Assembly (NCBI RefSeq): GCF_018977255.1
Contig: NW_024704743.1
Coordinates: 99,636,001 to 99,700,000, forward strand
DNA length: 64,000 nt
Reading direction: 5' to 3'
Source of the DNA: Callorhinchus milii
Taxonomy: Eukaryota
A model generated the notes under the pieces. The model ran no database searches. It was given only the letters and a program-made list of their open reading frames with translations, and was not told the origin of the DNA. This document shows, piece by piece, positions 23,389 through 36,545 of the stretch (position 1 is the first letter of the stretch; the number at the start of each line of letters is the position of its first letter). The position numbers were made by a program, and so were the translations under genes.

Positions 23389-24171
23389 TGCAACAAGCAT
23401 TTTTCAGTTCATTTACCTCAATCAAAATTGCCTCGCGAAAATAAAGTTGACTTAGCAAAAAGCTTAATGATCAATTTACATTAATACTCGATTTATATTG
23501 TAGAGTGAAAAATGTGATATTCCTTAACTGATTTGATAATTATGAAACACTGCATGTTTTAGTTATTCTTAAAAACTGACCACAGAACTGAATACCCCCA
23601 CCCATCACTGAACACACCCACTTTGGCATAATAGTCTGGATTGCAGAAATCTCCATGGTCCGAAGCCATGGACTAGTTTCTGTAGAACTAGTTGGATAGT
23701 TCTATAGAAAGTTATTTTGATAGAATGTACAATGCAGCCCTATTCTAATATGCTTCCCTTTAAATGTGAATCAAATTTTAATGTGGTTGCACTATGGACC
23801 CCATTCACTGTTTATACACACAACCAGTTCACTTACTTACTATGCTGGCTGACTTTTGCACTAAAAAGTCCAACTTTCAATAGATTGCTACCAGCACCAC
23901 TTATGTCTAGCTGCATATGTGCACACGTGCAGTCTAACCCAATATGGTGCCCCATGATAGTTCAAGTTCAGATTTCTTGGATCCCAACAACTGTGATTCT
24001 AAACAGAGCCCCACAACAGATAACACAGTAACTCATTCGGGCACAGGGTGATGACTTATATTGTCTGAGCTTATTTTTATTTAGTTAGTCGTAATCTTAC
24101 ACAAGACTATATAAAAAATGTAACACATATGATGTACATCACATATGATTTTTTGTAAGTTTTTTGTAACG

Positions 24172-24350
24172 CACAGGGTAATCGACGACTGGAACAGGCT
24201 GCCAGGAAAAGTAGTAGAGGTCGGGACTTATACAAAAAGCTTGATGCATTGATGGGGGAAACAGTAGGGTGGGGGTTCTGGAAGGATGAGATCAAATGGG
24301 CCAAAGGGTCTTCTTCATCCAGACCAATCTTGTGATCTTGTTCTATGATC
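24172..24350 (+). mobile_element. CR1 LINE 3' end
   Basis: RVIDDWNRLPGKVVE...YKKLDALM and gatgagatcaaatgggcc terminus. Confidence 0.8.
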
Positions 24351-24975
24351 AAAAAAAGAAAAGCTTAGTGGCATTTGATAGCAGCTTAATATCTTGAAAT
24401 CTTGAGATTTATTGGGTTTTGCAGACTAAAGCATCAGACAATTTTTATCTAGTTATGCAAATTTTGTAATTGGCTGCTCGTTTGCCTGCAGATACAGTCA
24501 CTATCCTTCATAGTAAAATCCTGTGATGTGTATTGAGATATCTTGATGAGATGATAAGGCACTGTATGAAATGCAGAAATTATTACAGTATCATTATTAA
24601 TATTTGATCAGTGTACTATATACTAGGTTAGGGGTGTGTGGATATGTGTGTGTGGTGTGGATATGTGTGTGTGTGGTGGGCGTGTGTGAGGGGGGAGAAG
24701 ATGTGTGAAGAGAAAATGGATTTAAAAACTTCTGTGAAAATAGTACAAGTTGAGACTGAAAGCTATCGTCATTGCCAAAATGAACAGATAAATCCCACAA
24801 ATGAAGTTATACATGCAGGAATTCTCCCATACTGGCTGGCAGTACATACACCAATTTAGACGGTAATGTCTTGTTAAATCTGAAAAAGATTATTTACTCC
24901 AACACTGTAACAAGAAAATCTTACCACTAGCAATGATTAACAAGCTTTTGTTCACTTGTTCAAGGACTGTCTTAC

Positions 24976-25127
24976 CTCTCAGGCATCTGAGTGCTCATGA
25001 TTTAAGGGTTGGTCGATGAAGAAAAATGAACTTTGTTGCCAAGTAAACCATCCAGATTTTTCCCTATAACAGCATTTACAATGCCCACGCTTCGCTATTT
25101 ATGATTGACAAACACTGAAACTAAAAC
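24976..25127 (-). other. Candidate exon with a possible start codon (ATG at 24998, MSTQMPE, phase 2 donor)
   Basis: Acceptor ctctttgctttAG, strong donor gag|GTAAGA, A at -3 of the ATG. Confidence 0.35.
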
Positions 25128-26172
25128 CTAAAGCAAAGAGTGTTTCTCAGAAGATGATCTTGGAAGTTTCATATACTGTTTTTTTTCTTCAGCAATTTCT
25201 AACTTGTAACTTGTCTTTTCTCACCCATTAAACAAGGTCTGAAATGTTTTGACAACAAATTACAGCACAAACCCTGGTGTAAGGTGGTAGCTGGAGTTCA
25301 TAAAAATTCCAACTCGTTTTATAATGGGACATGATTAAGAATGGCTGTGGTCAATGCATGACATATGTGTGCCGAAAGCCAAGTGGCTTCCCACACTAAA
25401 ATATGGCTGGCTCCCAGGATCATCAGGTTATCACTTTGGTGGTGCTGCTTTCCCACTTCCTGCTTAAAATAAATGGATGATTTCCAGGTTGTCTGGTGAT
25501 TGCTAACATCACTTCCTGTTCACTGTGCATGCGTCCTGTGCAGAGAAAGTGTCACAGACATAATCATTGCTTGGTATGTGGAATGCATATGCACCACATG
25601 CAGTAGGTAAATATCGTAAACTATAATCTGATGACCTAGAATTCAGCCATTATTCTTAATGTGGGAAGCCAGATGGTCCATGCACCAAAGTCAACTATGC
25701 CTTTTAAGCAAACCCAACTTATAATGAAATGCATTATAAGGAAAGTGGGTTAGGGTTAGTCGCATTTTATGAACACTGTATTCTGTTCAGTCCAAATAAA
25801 TGAGTAGCGCTTAATGTTTAGCACAGCTTCCAACACTAAATGCTACTAACTTGTCAGTGATAATTGTTGGACATTTATCTTCATTGTGTGAATGATCATT
25901 CTACTTAGTGTACATGTCATTCTCTATCAGTGCTTCTCTGAACCAACTGCTAGAATTGGAGTGAAAGTAATAGAATGATCTGTTCTTTGGTTCACCATTG
26001 GGAAAGTTACTTGTCACAATATGTTGTGTCTCAGAAATGGTGTGTTTCATTGAAAACTCACTGTGGTTTGCATTCATAATACAGTAACTATGAGGTGAAT
26101 TTCTGAGTGTAGCTTATTTTCTCAAGTTTAATAACATCAGGAAACAACAGTGTAAAAGCTGAAGCAGCCACC

Positions 26173-26350
26173 AGAGGCCTGGAATTCGTCATAGTCTTAG
26201 GCTGAAAACCATTTTAAAAAGTAAGAATTTTGGATAATTCAGAAATTGAATTTTAACTTAGAAGCTGTTTTACTCTGGGTCCTGGGAAACCGACTTCCAA
26301 ATTAAAACTGAATTTAAGCGTTTTCCCAAATTCTTCACAATCGTAAAATG
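26173..26350. mobile_element. Palindromic MITE-like family copy
   Basis: agaggcctggaattc terminus and gacttccaaattaaaactgaatttaagcgttttc. Confidence 0.65.
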
Positions 26351-26751
26351 TTAACACAGTTATAATAATAATCCTTGCGTTTAATTCAGTACCTTTCACA
26401 TCAGGGCTCCACAGGATTACTATATAATTTAGTGACTGTTCATTTTGTTGGTGAATGTGCGAGCCAATTTACACACAGCAATGCTCCACTTTCTTTCTTA
26501 TATTCAACTCTGTTGTGCTCTGAGTGGGCTACAAGTTGCACATTCATTCTGGAAGCAAACTGTTTTAACTGCAATGGAAACCTAGTGTAGAAAAAAAACT
26601 CAGCATATAAATAAATAAGAATGCTCAGAATTGGAACATGTATTCCTGGGGGAAACGGCATCTTATATTGTGAGTGAGAGGGGAAGCACAATGACTGAAC
26701 ACGGTGAATACCTAAAGGCCACCTTCATGACACTGGTCAATAGACAAGTTT

Positions 26752-26765
26752 GTCTCCATAGTAAC
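26752..26765. promoter_or_regulatory. Putative RFX X-box
   Basis: GTCTCCATAGTAAC fits GTYNCC-AT-RGYAAC. Confidence 0.4.
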
Positions 26766-27509
26766 GGCAATTGCCAATCCACTTTGATGCTATGAGCTTT
26801 ATCTCAAAGGACTCTTTGTTGAAAAGTTGAAGTACAGTTTTTTTTGATTCATACCAGTAATATTTTCTGCTAAAGAAGTCTGTGCATCACACATAATCAC
26901 CAGGTCATAAAATAAGGGTTTCAAGCGCATGTATGTACAAAGTGGAAAGATCTGTATGTCTAAAATGAATTTACATGTCTTCCCTCAGACATACTCTAAT
27001 TAAAATGTGGCAAGGTTCTTATGTCATATCCTGTGACATTTAATTCCTGTCAAGTCTTCGCATTATGCAGGATAACAGTCTTAATGCATCGATTGAAAAG
27101 TAATTCATGACATTACTACAAAAATAGATGGTGCACCTACCCATGAATGCTGTGCAATGTTTAAAAGCAAATAATATTATGTGTTGAGTTCCAAATGTCT
27201 ACCTTTTTATGGGTTTTTCCTTTCTTTACAATCAGTTGCATTGCTAGTAAATAATTTCAGGAAGATATCTGGACAAGTGCTTTGGGAATTAAACATTAAA
27301 ATCATAGTACTCTATGTCTTATTATGCATTTTAATGGATTTAAATTCCTCATTTTAAGATTAGTCAGACATATTAATGTTTTTAAAGTTATAAATTTTGT
27401 TTATATCCTGCATCTATGTCCATTTTATTCTTCTCTTTTACTGTGAAACTAACAAGCCGAAAAAGTATCTATTGAGGACTGTTGACAAAAGACTAAGGGA
27501 TTTGGAGGG

Positions 27510-28290
27510 CGAAAGTGCCATATTTCCCAGTAGATTTGGAAAATAGAAATCTAAATGGGGTACAGGAGCAAAGGGATCTTGGGGTACACATACACAATTC
27601 ACTAAAAGTAGCAACACAAGTTAATAAGGCCATTAAAAAAGCAAACCATTGGGGTTCATTTCTAGAGGGATAGAAATTAAAAGCAGGGGCGTTATGGTTA
27701 ACTTCTATAGAATCTTGGTTAGACCACACTTAGTTTTGCAGTTCTGCTCCTCACATTATAGCAGAGATGTAGAGACACTGGAGAGGATGCAAAGGAGATT
27801 CACAAGGATGATCCCAGAACTGAGAGGTTATACCTATCAGGAAAGGCTGAACATACTCTTTTCTTTTGAAAAGATGAGGGTATGGCGTGACCTGATAGAG
27901 GTTTTTAGAATGATGAAGAGTTTTGATAGGGTAGACATAGGGAAGATGTATCCACTTGTGGGGGAGACCAAAACCAGGGGCCATCAATACAAAATAGTCA
28001 CAAATAGATCAAATAGGGAAGTTAGAAGAAATTTCTTCACACAGAGAGTAATGGGAATGTGAAACATGCTACCACAAGGTGTTGTTGAGGCAAATAGCAT
28101 AGATGTATTTAAGGGAAAGCTAGATAAGTACATGAGGGAGAAAGGAATAGAAGGTTATGCTTGAAGGCTTAGTTGAGGAAGGATAGGAGGAGGCTCATGT
28201 GGAGCATAAACACCGGCATAGACCAGTTGGACCGAATGGCCTGTTTCTGTGCTGTATATTCTAATATATTCTAATGTATTCTAATGTATT
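27510..28290 (+). mobile_element. CR1 LINE 3' fragment
   Basis: YRILVRPHL, LERMQRRFTRMIPELRG, TRGHQYKI, RRNFFTQRV; (attctaatgt)n terminus. Confidence 0.95.
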
Positions 28291-29082
28291 TGCCGTAATA
28301 ATTCTGATAATTATCACAGCAAATCAGTTGTAAAAAGTTACATTTACTCCCCCCTCAATTTTTTTTCAAATTGAACTCTAAGCAAGAAGTTTTAAACAAT
28401 TAAGCTTCCATTCTGTGTGCTCAAAGTGGAGAGAAAATGTGATGTTTTATAATACATTTACTGTGATGATTATCACAGCAAATCTGTTAGGAAATGTCAC
28501 ATTTTTTGAACCCAAAGTCCCATCTTCCTTTCCTTGTAATATCGTCATTGATGAAAGTCAAGAGACAAATTGAATTGAAGATACAGAGAGCTAGTCTTCT
28601 CTTGTTGTACATTTATCAAATGATGGCAAGCAGAAATTATTCACCAGCTGTTGATAATGGGATCAGCAGTTACACTCCAGAGCTGAGCTGATGATGACCC
28701 ATTTCAAGACTTAACTGCTTGTTATTATATATTCAAAGAGGGAAACAAAGCTTCTTTGAGGGCCTGCTATTCTTTTGCCAGCTTTAGATACATCCAAACT
28801 GTCAATTTTATGATTTTGCACCCTAATCTGATGATGTCAAAACTTGGTAAATATATATAAACTAATACAAGGTTTACTCCTTTGATTTTCCATTGGAGGA
28901 ATTTCAAACCCAACAATTTTATTCTGATCATCCTCTGGAGGGTAAATCAACCTTTGAAATCGACATGACTGTTTTTTCAATGTTTGTTTCTATCGCTCTT
29001 TGTGCCTATTCTATTTAACTATATTCTCTGGGGTTGCTAATGTACCAGAAATACTCTACAGCCAACATCAGTGAACATAAAG

Positions 29083-30272
29083 ACAACAACAACACAACAA
29101 CTTGCATTTATATAGCACCCTCCATGCAGGGTAGTGTCTCAGAGAGCTTAACAGTGGCAGAGTCTGACTCCGGGCCAGGGGGAGGGGGGGGTGGCCACAA
29201 GCATGGTCAACGAGGAAAGTTTTCAGGCGTGACTTGAAAGAGGGTAGACAGGGGACAAGGTGGAAGGTTTGAGGGAGAGTGTTCCAGAGTTTTGGGGCAT
29301 AGTGACTGAAAGCATTCAACCTCTGATGGTGAGGCGGAGGGTGCGAGGGACGAGCAGGAGGCCAGTGCCAGTAGAGCAGAGACGCCGGGTGGTGGACTGG
29401 GGAGTGAGGAGGTTGGAGAGGTAGGGAGGTGCCAGGGAGTGAATGGATTTGAACGCGAGTGTGAGGATCTTGCAGTCGATCCATTTGGTGATGGGGAGCC
29501 AGTGTAGCCTGGCCAGAACTGGTGAGATGTGAGTATGGAGTTTAATTGGGGTCAGTATGTGGGCGGCAGTGTTTTGAATGAGCTGGATCTTTTATATGGT
29601 GGAGCTGGAAGACTGGTGAGGCGTACTTTGGAGTAATCCAAGCGGGAGGTGACAAATGCATGCACAAGGGTTTTGGTTTGGGGTAAAGTACGGACGGAGG
29701 TGGGCATTGTGGCAGAGGTGGAAGAAGGCAGTCCTGGTCAGGGATTGGATGTGGGGGAGGAAGGACAGCTGGAGTTTGAACCGGATGCCTGGCTTGCGCA
29801 TTGGTTCGGTGAGTCTGAGGGAGAGCCCAGGGAGGTTGAGGAGTTTAGATCCGCAGGAGTGAAGACGTTGATGGGAGCCAAGGACTAAGGCTTGTCCATA
29901 TTCAGCTGCAGGAAATTTACACTCATCTGGGCGTGGATGTCTGCCAGACAATCTGATAGAACATTGGTGGACTTGCAGTTGGTACTGGAGGAGGCAAAGT
30001 AGATTTTTGTGTCATCCGCATACATGTGGAAGTTTACCCAGTGTCTACAGATGACATTGCCCAGAGGGAGCATTTAGATAAGGAAAAGAAGAGGGCCAAG
30101 GATGGAGCCCTGGGATATCCCAAAGGTGAGCGGGCAGGGGTGGGAGGAGAAACCATTTGCTGAGATGAAATGGAGGAGGTTGGTTAAGTGGGACACGAAC
30201 CATGTGAATGCGGTCCCGCTAAGGCAGATGAGAGAGGAAGGCCGATGGAGAAAGATGGCCTGGTTGACTATG
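29083..30272 (-). mobile_element. L2 LINE, 5'-truncated (~1.2 kb)
   Basis: [37 protein letters not shown] and 3' tail. Confidence 0.95.
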
Positions 30273-30875
30273 TCATTGTTGTTGTTGTTGTTGACACAGC
30301 TCCTTATTCTGTATCGAAATGTCTTTCACACGACTTACTATAACGTGTAATGAATGTGTATTTTGTAGGTGAATATAAGAACCAATGTGACCACTCAGCA
30401 ATGTCCCACAAAAACGGTTAGTGAATGACCAATTTTATCTGGAGCCTTAATAGCCAGGACACTGGGAGAAACTCCCTTTATGAAGTGAATGACGATCTAT
30501 TTTGAGGATTGTCAACCAGGTCAAGGGCTATCCTTTCAATAGTTCTGACATTTCTCAACGCACCAATCATTATTAGACAACCTCTGCATTTTCACAGAGA
30601 AAACACAGAATCAGCAATGCCTGTCACAAGCTGCAGTTGATTGATATAGTACTCAATTATGCAGAGAGGCCAAATGATTACCCTACATTTCCCCAATAGC
30701 AGTGAACACACCACATTAACTTGGTAAAATTATAATGAGTGTGGTACATATTGTATGTGGTGGTTTCAGTAGTTGCATAGAAATCTCATTCAATAGTGGC
30801 TGGAATTTTTCTACGTTATGCAACATTTGAAGTCTCATACAATAATAATCATTGCATTTGATATAGTGCCTACAT

Positions 30876-31240
30876 CAGCAACTTATATTTATATAGCACC
30901 CCTCACGGATTCCAATCCACTTGACAGTGGTGGAGCATGAGGCCAAGCCGGGGAGGAGGGGAGGTGGCAGTAGGCACGGTCCAAGAGGAAGGTCTTCAGG
31001 TGTGACCTGGAGATGGAAAAGGTAGGGGCAAGGTAGAGGATTTAAGGGAGAGTGTTCCAGAGTTTCAGGGTGTAGTGGCTGAAAGTGCGGCCACTGATGG
31101 TGGAACGGAGGGCATGGAGGACAATCAGGAGGCCAGAGCCAGTTGAGCGGAGGCAACAAGTGATGGGTTGGGGAGTGAGCAGGTTGGAGAGGTAGGGCAT
31201 GAAGGGATTTTAAGATGAATGTGAAGATTTTGAAATCGAA
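30876..31240 (-). mobile_element. L2 LINE 3' fragment
   Basis: FDFKIFTFILKSLHALP and 3' tail. Confidence 0.85.
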
Positions 31241-31284
31241 CATTGGGGCCTAGAACTGTTTCAAACATAGAAAGAAACTCTTCT

Positions 31285-31450
31285 TTTTTTGAACCATGCC
31301 ATGGGATTGTTAACATTCGCCTGAACAGGCAGATGGCAGATCTAATGACAGCAGCTCCAACAATGCAACATTTCTCCCTGCACTGTATTGGAGTGTCAGC
31401 TTAGATGATGAACTCAAAGTCTTGACATTGGGCTCGAACCTTCTAACCTA
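31285..31450 (-). mobile_element. Old SacSINE1/DeuSINE-like fragment
   Basis: gccatgggattgttaacattcgcctgaacaggcag...gcactgtattggagtgtcagc. Confidence 0.7.
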
Positions 31451-31560
31451 CAACCAGGTTGGCACCTCTTAGTAAATTCATATATAATAAGTGTACTCAA
31501 CTTGTACCCATACAAAATAAAATGCAAGCATATAATGCTTTCAAACAACAGACCTTTCTA

Positions 31561-33500
31561 CAACAACAAACAACAACAAATTTACATTTGTATAGCGCCT
31601 TTCATGTCGGGAGGACATCCCAAGGTATTGGACAGTCAGTGTTTTGGACTCGAGCTGGGGGTCGGGATCAGGGAGGGTGGAGGGCAGGGGGGGAAGGAGG
31701 ATAATTGAAAGCATGGTCAAAGAGGAGGTTCTTGAGATGAGTCTTGAAGGAGCAAGGGAAGGGGCAAGGCGGAGGGACTGTGCAGAGGGTGGGGGCAGAG
31801 TGGCAGAAGGCTCACCTGCCAACGGTGGGGTGGGCGAGGTGGGGACGTGAAGCAGGCTGGAGCCCGCTGAGCGGAAGGAGTGGGCAGGATGGTAGGAGTT
31901 TAGGAGGTCACAGAGATAGGTGGGAGCGTGGCCATGGAGGGCTCTGAAGGTGAGGACCAGAATCTTGAACTGTATCCTCTGTGTGATGGGAAGCCAATGG
32001 AGTCGGGCAAGGAAGGGGTGTGATAGGGTCACAGAGCCTGGTGTGGGAAATGATATGGGCTACAGAGTTCCGGATGATCTGTAGGCTATGGATAAAGGAG
32101 TTGGGGAGGCCAACAAGAAAGTAATTTGCATAGTCAAGCCTCGATGTTTTAATGTGTGCATGAGCGTTTCAGCGGCCTGTGGTGTGAGACAATGGCGGAG
32201 CCAGGTGATATTGCAGAGGTGGGGAAAGGCAGAGCGGGTGATGGCATGGATGTGGGGTAGAAAAGATAGTTGAGGGTCAAACAAGACGCCAAGGTTCCGG
32301 ACTGGCTTAGTAAGGTGGAGTGTGCATCCATGGATGGTTTAGCAATCAGTGCCTGAGGTGTGGAGGTGCTGATAGGAGCCAATCAGAAGGGCTTCGGTCT
32401 TGTTGACATTCAACTGAAGAAAGTTAACTCTTATCCAGGACTTGATGTTTGACAGACATTCTGTCAGAACAGCAGAGGTCCTGGAGTCAGAGGTGGAAGC
32501 AGAGAGATACAGTTGGGCGCCATCCACATATATGTGGAAGTTGACCCAATGTCTGCGGATGATGTTACCAAGAGGGTGCATATTAGGTATTGAAGAGGAG
32601 GGAACCAAGGACAGAGCCCTGAGGAACACCGCACAGACGGTGCAGGGGCTAGAGGAGAGACCGTTTGTGCAGATGAAGTGGAGGCGGTGTGAGAGGTACG
32701 ATCTGAACCAGTCAAGGACAGAGCCATGAAGGTTGAGGTGAGAGCAGAGGCGGTGGATGAGGATAGAGTAGTCAATGGTGTCGAAGGCAGCAGAGAGGTC
32801 AAGGAGGACAAGGAGCCAGTGGGAGCCCTGGTCACAGATGGACAGAATGTCATTTGTCACTTTGACCAGGGCTGGTTCTGTGCCGTGTGCCGGCACGGAC
32901 ACCCGATTGGAGGGGTTGGTGGAGGGAGAACAAGGAGCAAAGCTGGGAAGCAACAATTTATTTCAGGTTGTTATAGAAGAAAGGGATGTTGGAGATTGGG
33001 CAGTGGTTTAGAGCAGTGATGAGTCCAGGGAGGGTTTTTTTAAGGATAAGAATAATGATGGTCATTTTTAATGGGGGGGGGGGGGGGGGACAGTACCAGT
33101 GGACAGGAAAAGGTTTATGATGTTTGTAAGTAGAGGGGCAAGGAGGTGGAGCTGGGAGGTAAGGAGAGGGGTTTGGATGGTGTCAAGGAAGTAGGTGGTC
33201 AGTTTTATGTGGGTTATAGTGGTGGTGTGAGGGGCGTATGAGACAGGTTTGATGGTGTGGAAGGAGGGATGGGTAGGGACTGGGGTGAGAGGGGAGATGG
33301 GGAGGGGGTAGTAAATGGATGGGCAAAGGCAACTGAACAGATCCCCTCAACTTTGGATTCAAGGAAGTCCAGCATCGCCTTGCAGTTGACATTGGAGGTG
33401 AGGATGGGCAAGGCATGAGAGGGTGGGCAGAGGAGCCGGTTGGTGATGGAGAGGAGGAGCCTGGGGTTGTCCTTGGCCTCCAAGATTGTCTTGGAGTAGA
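31561..33500 (-). mobile_element. L2 LINE, 5'-truncated (~1.9 kb)
   Basis: HGTEPALVKVTNDIL, LLDLSAAFDTIDY, YVDG (degenerate YADD), LARLHWLPITQRIQFKIL. Confidence 0.95.
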
Positions 33501-33889
33501 ATAACGATTTAGCAGAGGCGAGAATGGAGCGATAGGATTTGATAAATCGGTTAATATATTTCTCTTTCTGAAGTATAACATTTAGGTCCAGTGAGTCTCT
33601 TTCCCCTCACTGTTCCCTTTCTCTCTTTGGGTCCTTCACTAATCTTGTCATTCCATTTGCTACAATCTAATGTTGGCCAAGAGGTAGCATTATTAGTAAG
33701 GGGCTTAATAGCTATTGAGAGGGCAGACACAAGGGCAGCAGGAAAAATAACTGAAATTATTTGGGTAGAAATGAATTATGTTTAGGTCAAAGACTAGTAA
33801 TTGACAATTTCTATCAATTCCCACCAAACAGCTGCACTTGTAACAGAAAAATTTACGTGAGCAATGCAAGAGATTTCAATCTTCTAGAG

Positions 33890-33970
33890 GAGGGGTGGCC
33901 AATGTTTGGCCCACGTGACTATTTTACACATGGGCCATGCAGTCCGCAGGCCGCAAGTTGGCCATCCCTG
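33890..33970. mobile_element. 81-bp hAT MITE with an 8-bp TSD
   Basis: TIRs gaggggtggccaa / ttggccatccctg; flanks ttctagag (33882-33889) and ctctagag (33971-33978). Confidence 0.85.
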
Positions 33971-34479
33971 CTCTAGAGGATAAATGGTCAGACTTATTAG
34001 TGCCATCCAGAAGAAAAGGTAAACATTCAAGAAATATATAAACTTTGATCACTGCTTAACTTAATAAGGGTTGAAAAATATGATGCTTAGAACAGATCTG
34101 ATGCTATCACATTGAATTAGTTATGAAACATTACATTTTCTCATCTATTATTAAAGATACCTCCCTACCCCCACCCCTATTATCCCACATGCTCATCTCA
34201 GGCTATGGCCCAATGGGTGGGTCCAACTTTCATCACCATCTGGATTTCATTTTGGTCATGGTTGCTGTTATTGTTCTCAACTTCTGGTGACTGAACACCA
34301 CTTTGTAGGACACAGTTAGGTCAATAACTCATGAAGATTTTAATGATCAGTTCACAAAATACCAAAAGATTCGGATGAAGAAGGATTTTCCATTTGATCT
34401 CATCATTCCAGACAACCCACACTAGTGTCCTCCTATTATATTATCAAGCTGATTTTTAAATTGTACAATATATTAACTA

Positions 34480-34825
34480 CATAATACTTTTCACATCGGA
34501 AGTATGTCTCAAAGCTCTTCACAGGATATACTGTAATGTGCAGTGACTGTGTATTAGTGGGTAAACACAGCAGCCAATTTGTGTACAGCAATGTCCCACA
34601 AACGACTATGAAATGACTGACCAATTTCATATGGGGATTGTTGACCAGGATACTTCGCTTTTTGAACAGTGCCATGGAATCTTTAAAGTCCCTCTGAACA
34701 GGCAGACAGGACCTTGGGTTAAAGATTCAACGAAAGGACGGCACCTCCAGCAATGCAGCACACTGCCAATACTGCATGTGAAGTGTCATCTTAGACTATA
34801 TGGGTTCTAAGCCATGACATGGTTG
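34480..34825 (-). mobile_element. Old SacSINE1/DeuSINE-like SINE, nearly complete
   Basis: L2-like tail, cagccaatttgtgtacagcaatgtcccaca, gtgccatggaatcttt, ggcacctccagcaatgcagcac. Confidence 0.8.
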
Positions 34826-34965
34826 ACGTCTGTCCTGAAATTACCCTTTGCAACTCTAAATCTATGTCCTTGTGTTTTGTTTTCTTGGTGCACCCCAAAT
34901 AATTATTCTGAGTTTATTTTCTCAATCCAATTTAAAATCTTTATGCCTCTATGAGGTCTCCTGTT

Positions 34966-35285
34966 GTGGAGTCCTATAGCTCAGTGGTTAGAGCATTCAC
35001 TTTGCAAGTGAAAGACCTGGGTTCAATACCCGGCAGGGTGAAACCTTGGGCAAGTTTTCTTACTCCACATGCCTGATAATAATCCCTCAAAAAAAACAAT
35101 AATAAATTGGTCATTTAAATCCACGACTGTTTGTGGGACACTGCTGTGCGTAATTGGCTGCCGCATTTCGCCCAAAAATATACAGTCAATTCACTTTATT
35201 GTATATTCTGTGAAGTGCTTTAAGACATTTAGAAGGCATGAAAAGCACTATATCAAATGCAAGGATTATTATTATTATTATTATT
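34966..35285 (+). mobile_element. Full-length tRNA-Ala-derived SINE
   Basis: A-box tagctcagtggttagagc, anticodon-like tttgcaa, B-box gggttcaatacc, body, L2-like tail and (ATT)n. Confidence 0.95.
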
Positions 35286-35424
35286 AAACAATGTGAGTAA
35301 ATGTTTGGGCTCCAGTGATAATCTTATTAAATTGAAAATTGTATTAAAGAATAAGATCAAAATAGTATTACAGAACTCTGTGACTTTCAAGATGCACTCA
35401 CTGGAGAAGCTCCTGAGAGAAATA

Positions 35425-35952
35425 CAGTAAACTCCTACTAACAAGATCCTATCTTAACTTGTGACTATGATTTAAGTGACCATACTGTCAATAACCCAGC
35501 CACTCCCCATGCTAACAAGGGACTCCACTTCATACATAACCAGTCTTGTTCTGGAATTTTTTATAAGTACTTACGTCAGATAATTTATCCAATCAGATGC
35601 CATCTTGCATCGCAGATGCCTCCTGCCCTTCCTGTGACTGCTGTGGGTACTCGGTGGAGCTTGGGCATGTACGTGTGGAAGCATGGCAGAGTCCTGTGGT
35701 CTATTGAAGGTCCCTGCCTCCCTACCCACCACATATCCTGTGACAGAATAGATCGGGAGGCCATGGCGTGGCCTTCAATAGTTCAGAGGCCTCTGCGATG
35801 CATCTGAGCATGTGTGCCCAACCTTCACTGAGCACCTGCACCAGTCACAGTGTTCCCTTGTGGTCCAGGAGGGCCTATGCCTATCTCACTACTCCTGATA
35901 ACCCATCACTGAGCCCTTTTTCCTGGGAGTAACAAGTTATCAGTGTTTATTG
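35425..35952. mobile_element. Tc1/mariner (Tigger-like) non-autonomous element
   Basis: TA|cagtaaact ... gtgtttattg|TA imperfect TIRs; right end homologous to 14509-14590. Confidence 0.55.
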
Positions 35953-36367
35953 TATGTGGGAAGCAGAAATAGTAAATACAATAACAGAAGAAAAGTGGAA
36001 TTACTTTACAACAACTTGCCTTTCTATAGCACCCTTCACGTGGGGTAGAGTCTCAGAACTCTAAATGATGCTTCAAGGAAGCTGGAAAGAGAATACATTT
36101 GTTCCGAGAACAAAGAAAACTAAAATGTACGAACTTGACAGCTAAGGTTACGTTACTGCAAAGAACCGATAAATGCTGATGCTCAGAGCAGTTAACTGAA
36201 GAACAGTTCTGTGTTACTGCTGCTCAATTTGTGCATCTATTCATCATGGCGTATCCACTTATGCTATCATCTTCTCAATGAGCAATTTATAAAAAGCATT
36301 GTGAGAAATTTGCTTAAATAGTAGTTATGTTTTTGAAATTGACTACATGCATTCTTTACTCGTAATT

Positions 36368-36545
36368 GCAGCGATTGAGAGGATACAGAGGAGGACAACC
36401 AAAATAATTGAGGGGATGGAGGGACTGGATTATGAGGAGCGATTAGGTAAACTGGGCATGTTCACACCGGGGAACAGAGGGTTGAGGGGCGATATGATTA
36501 CAGTTTTTAAGATGCTAAAAGGGCTAGATAATGTTGACCATAATA
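36368..36545 (+). mobile_element. CR1 LINE fragment, left part (interrupted by L2)
   Basis: IERIQRRTTKIIEGMEGLDYEERLGKLGMF..LRGDMITVFKMLKGLDNVDHN. Confidence 0.9.

Noticed and set aside
25744..25760. gggttagggttag as an interstitial telomere
   Set aside because: Only two units, within chance expectation
34966..35040. tRNA-Ala gene
   Set aside because: The tRNA-like head runs into a SINE body and tail, lacks a proper acceptor stem, and recurs in several copies
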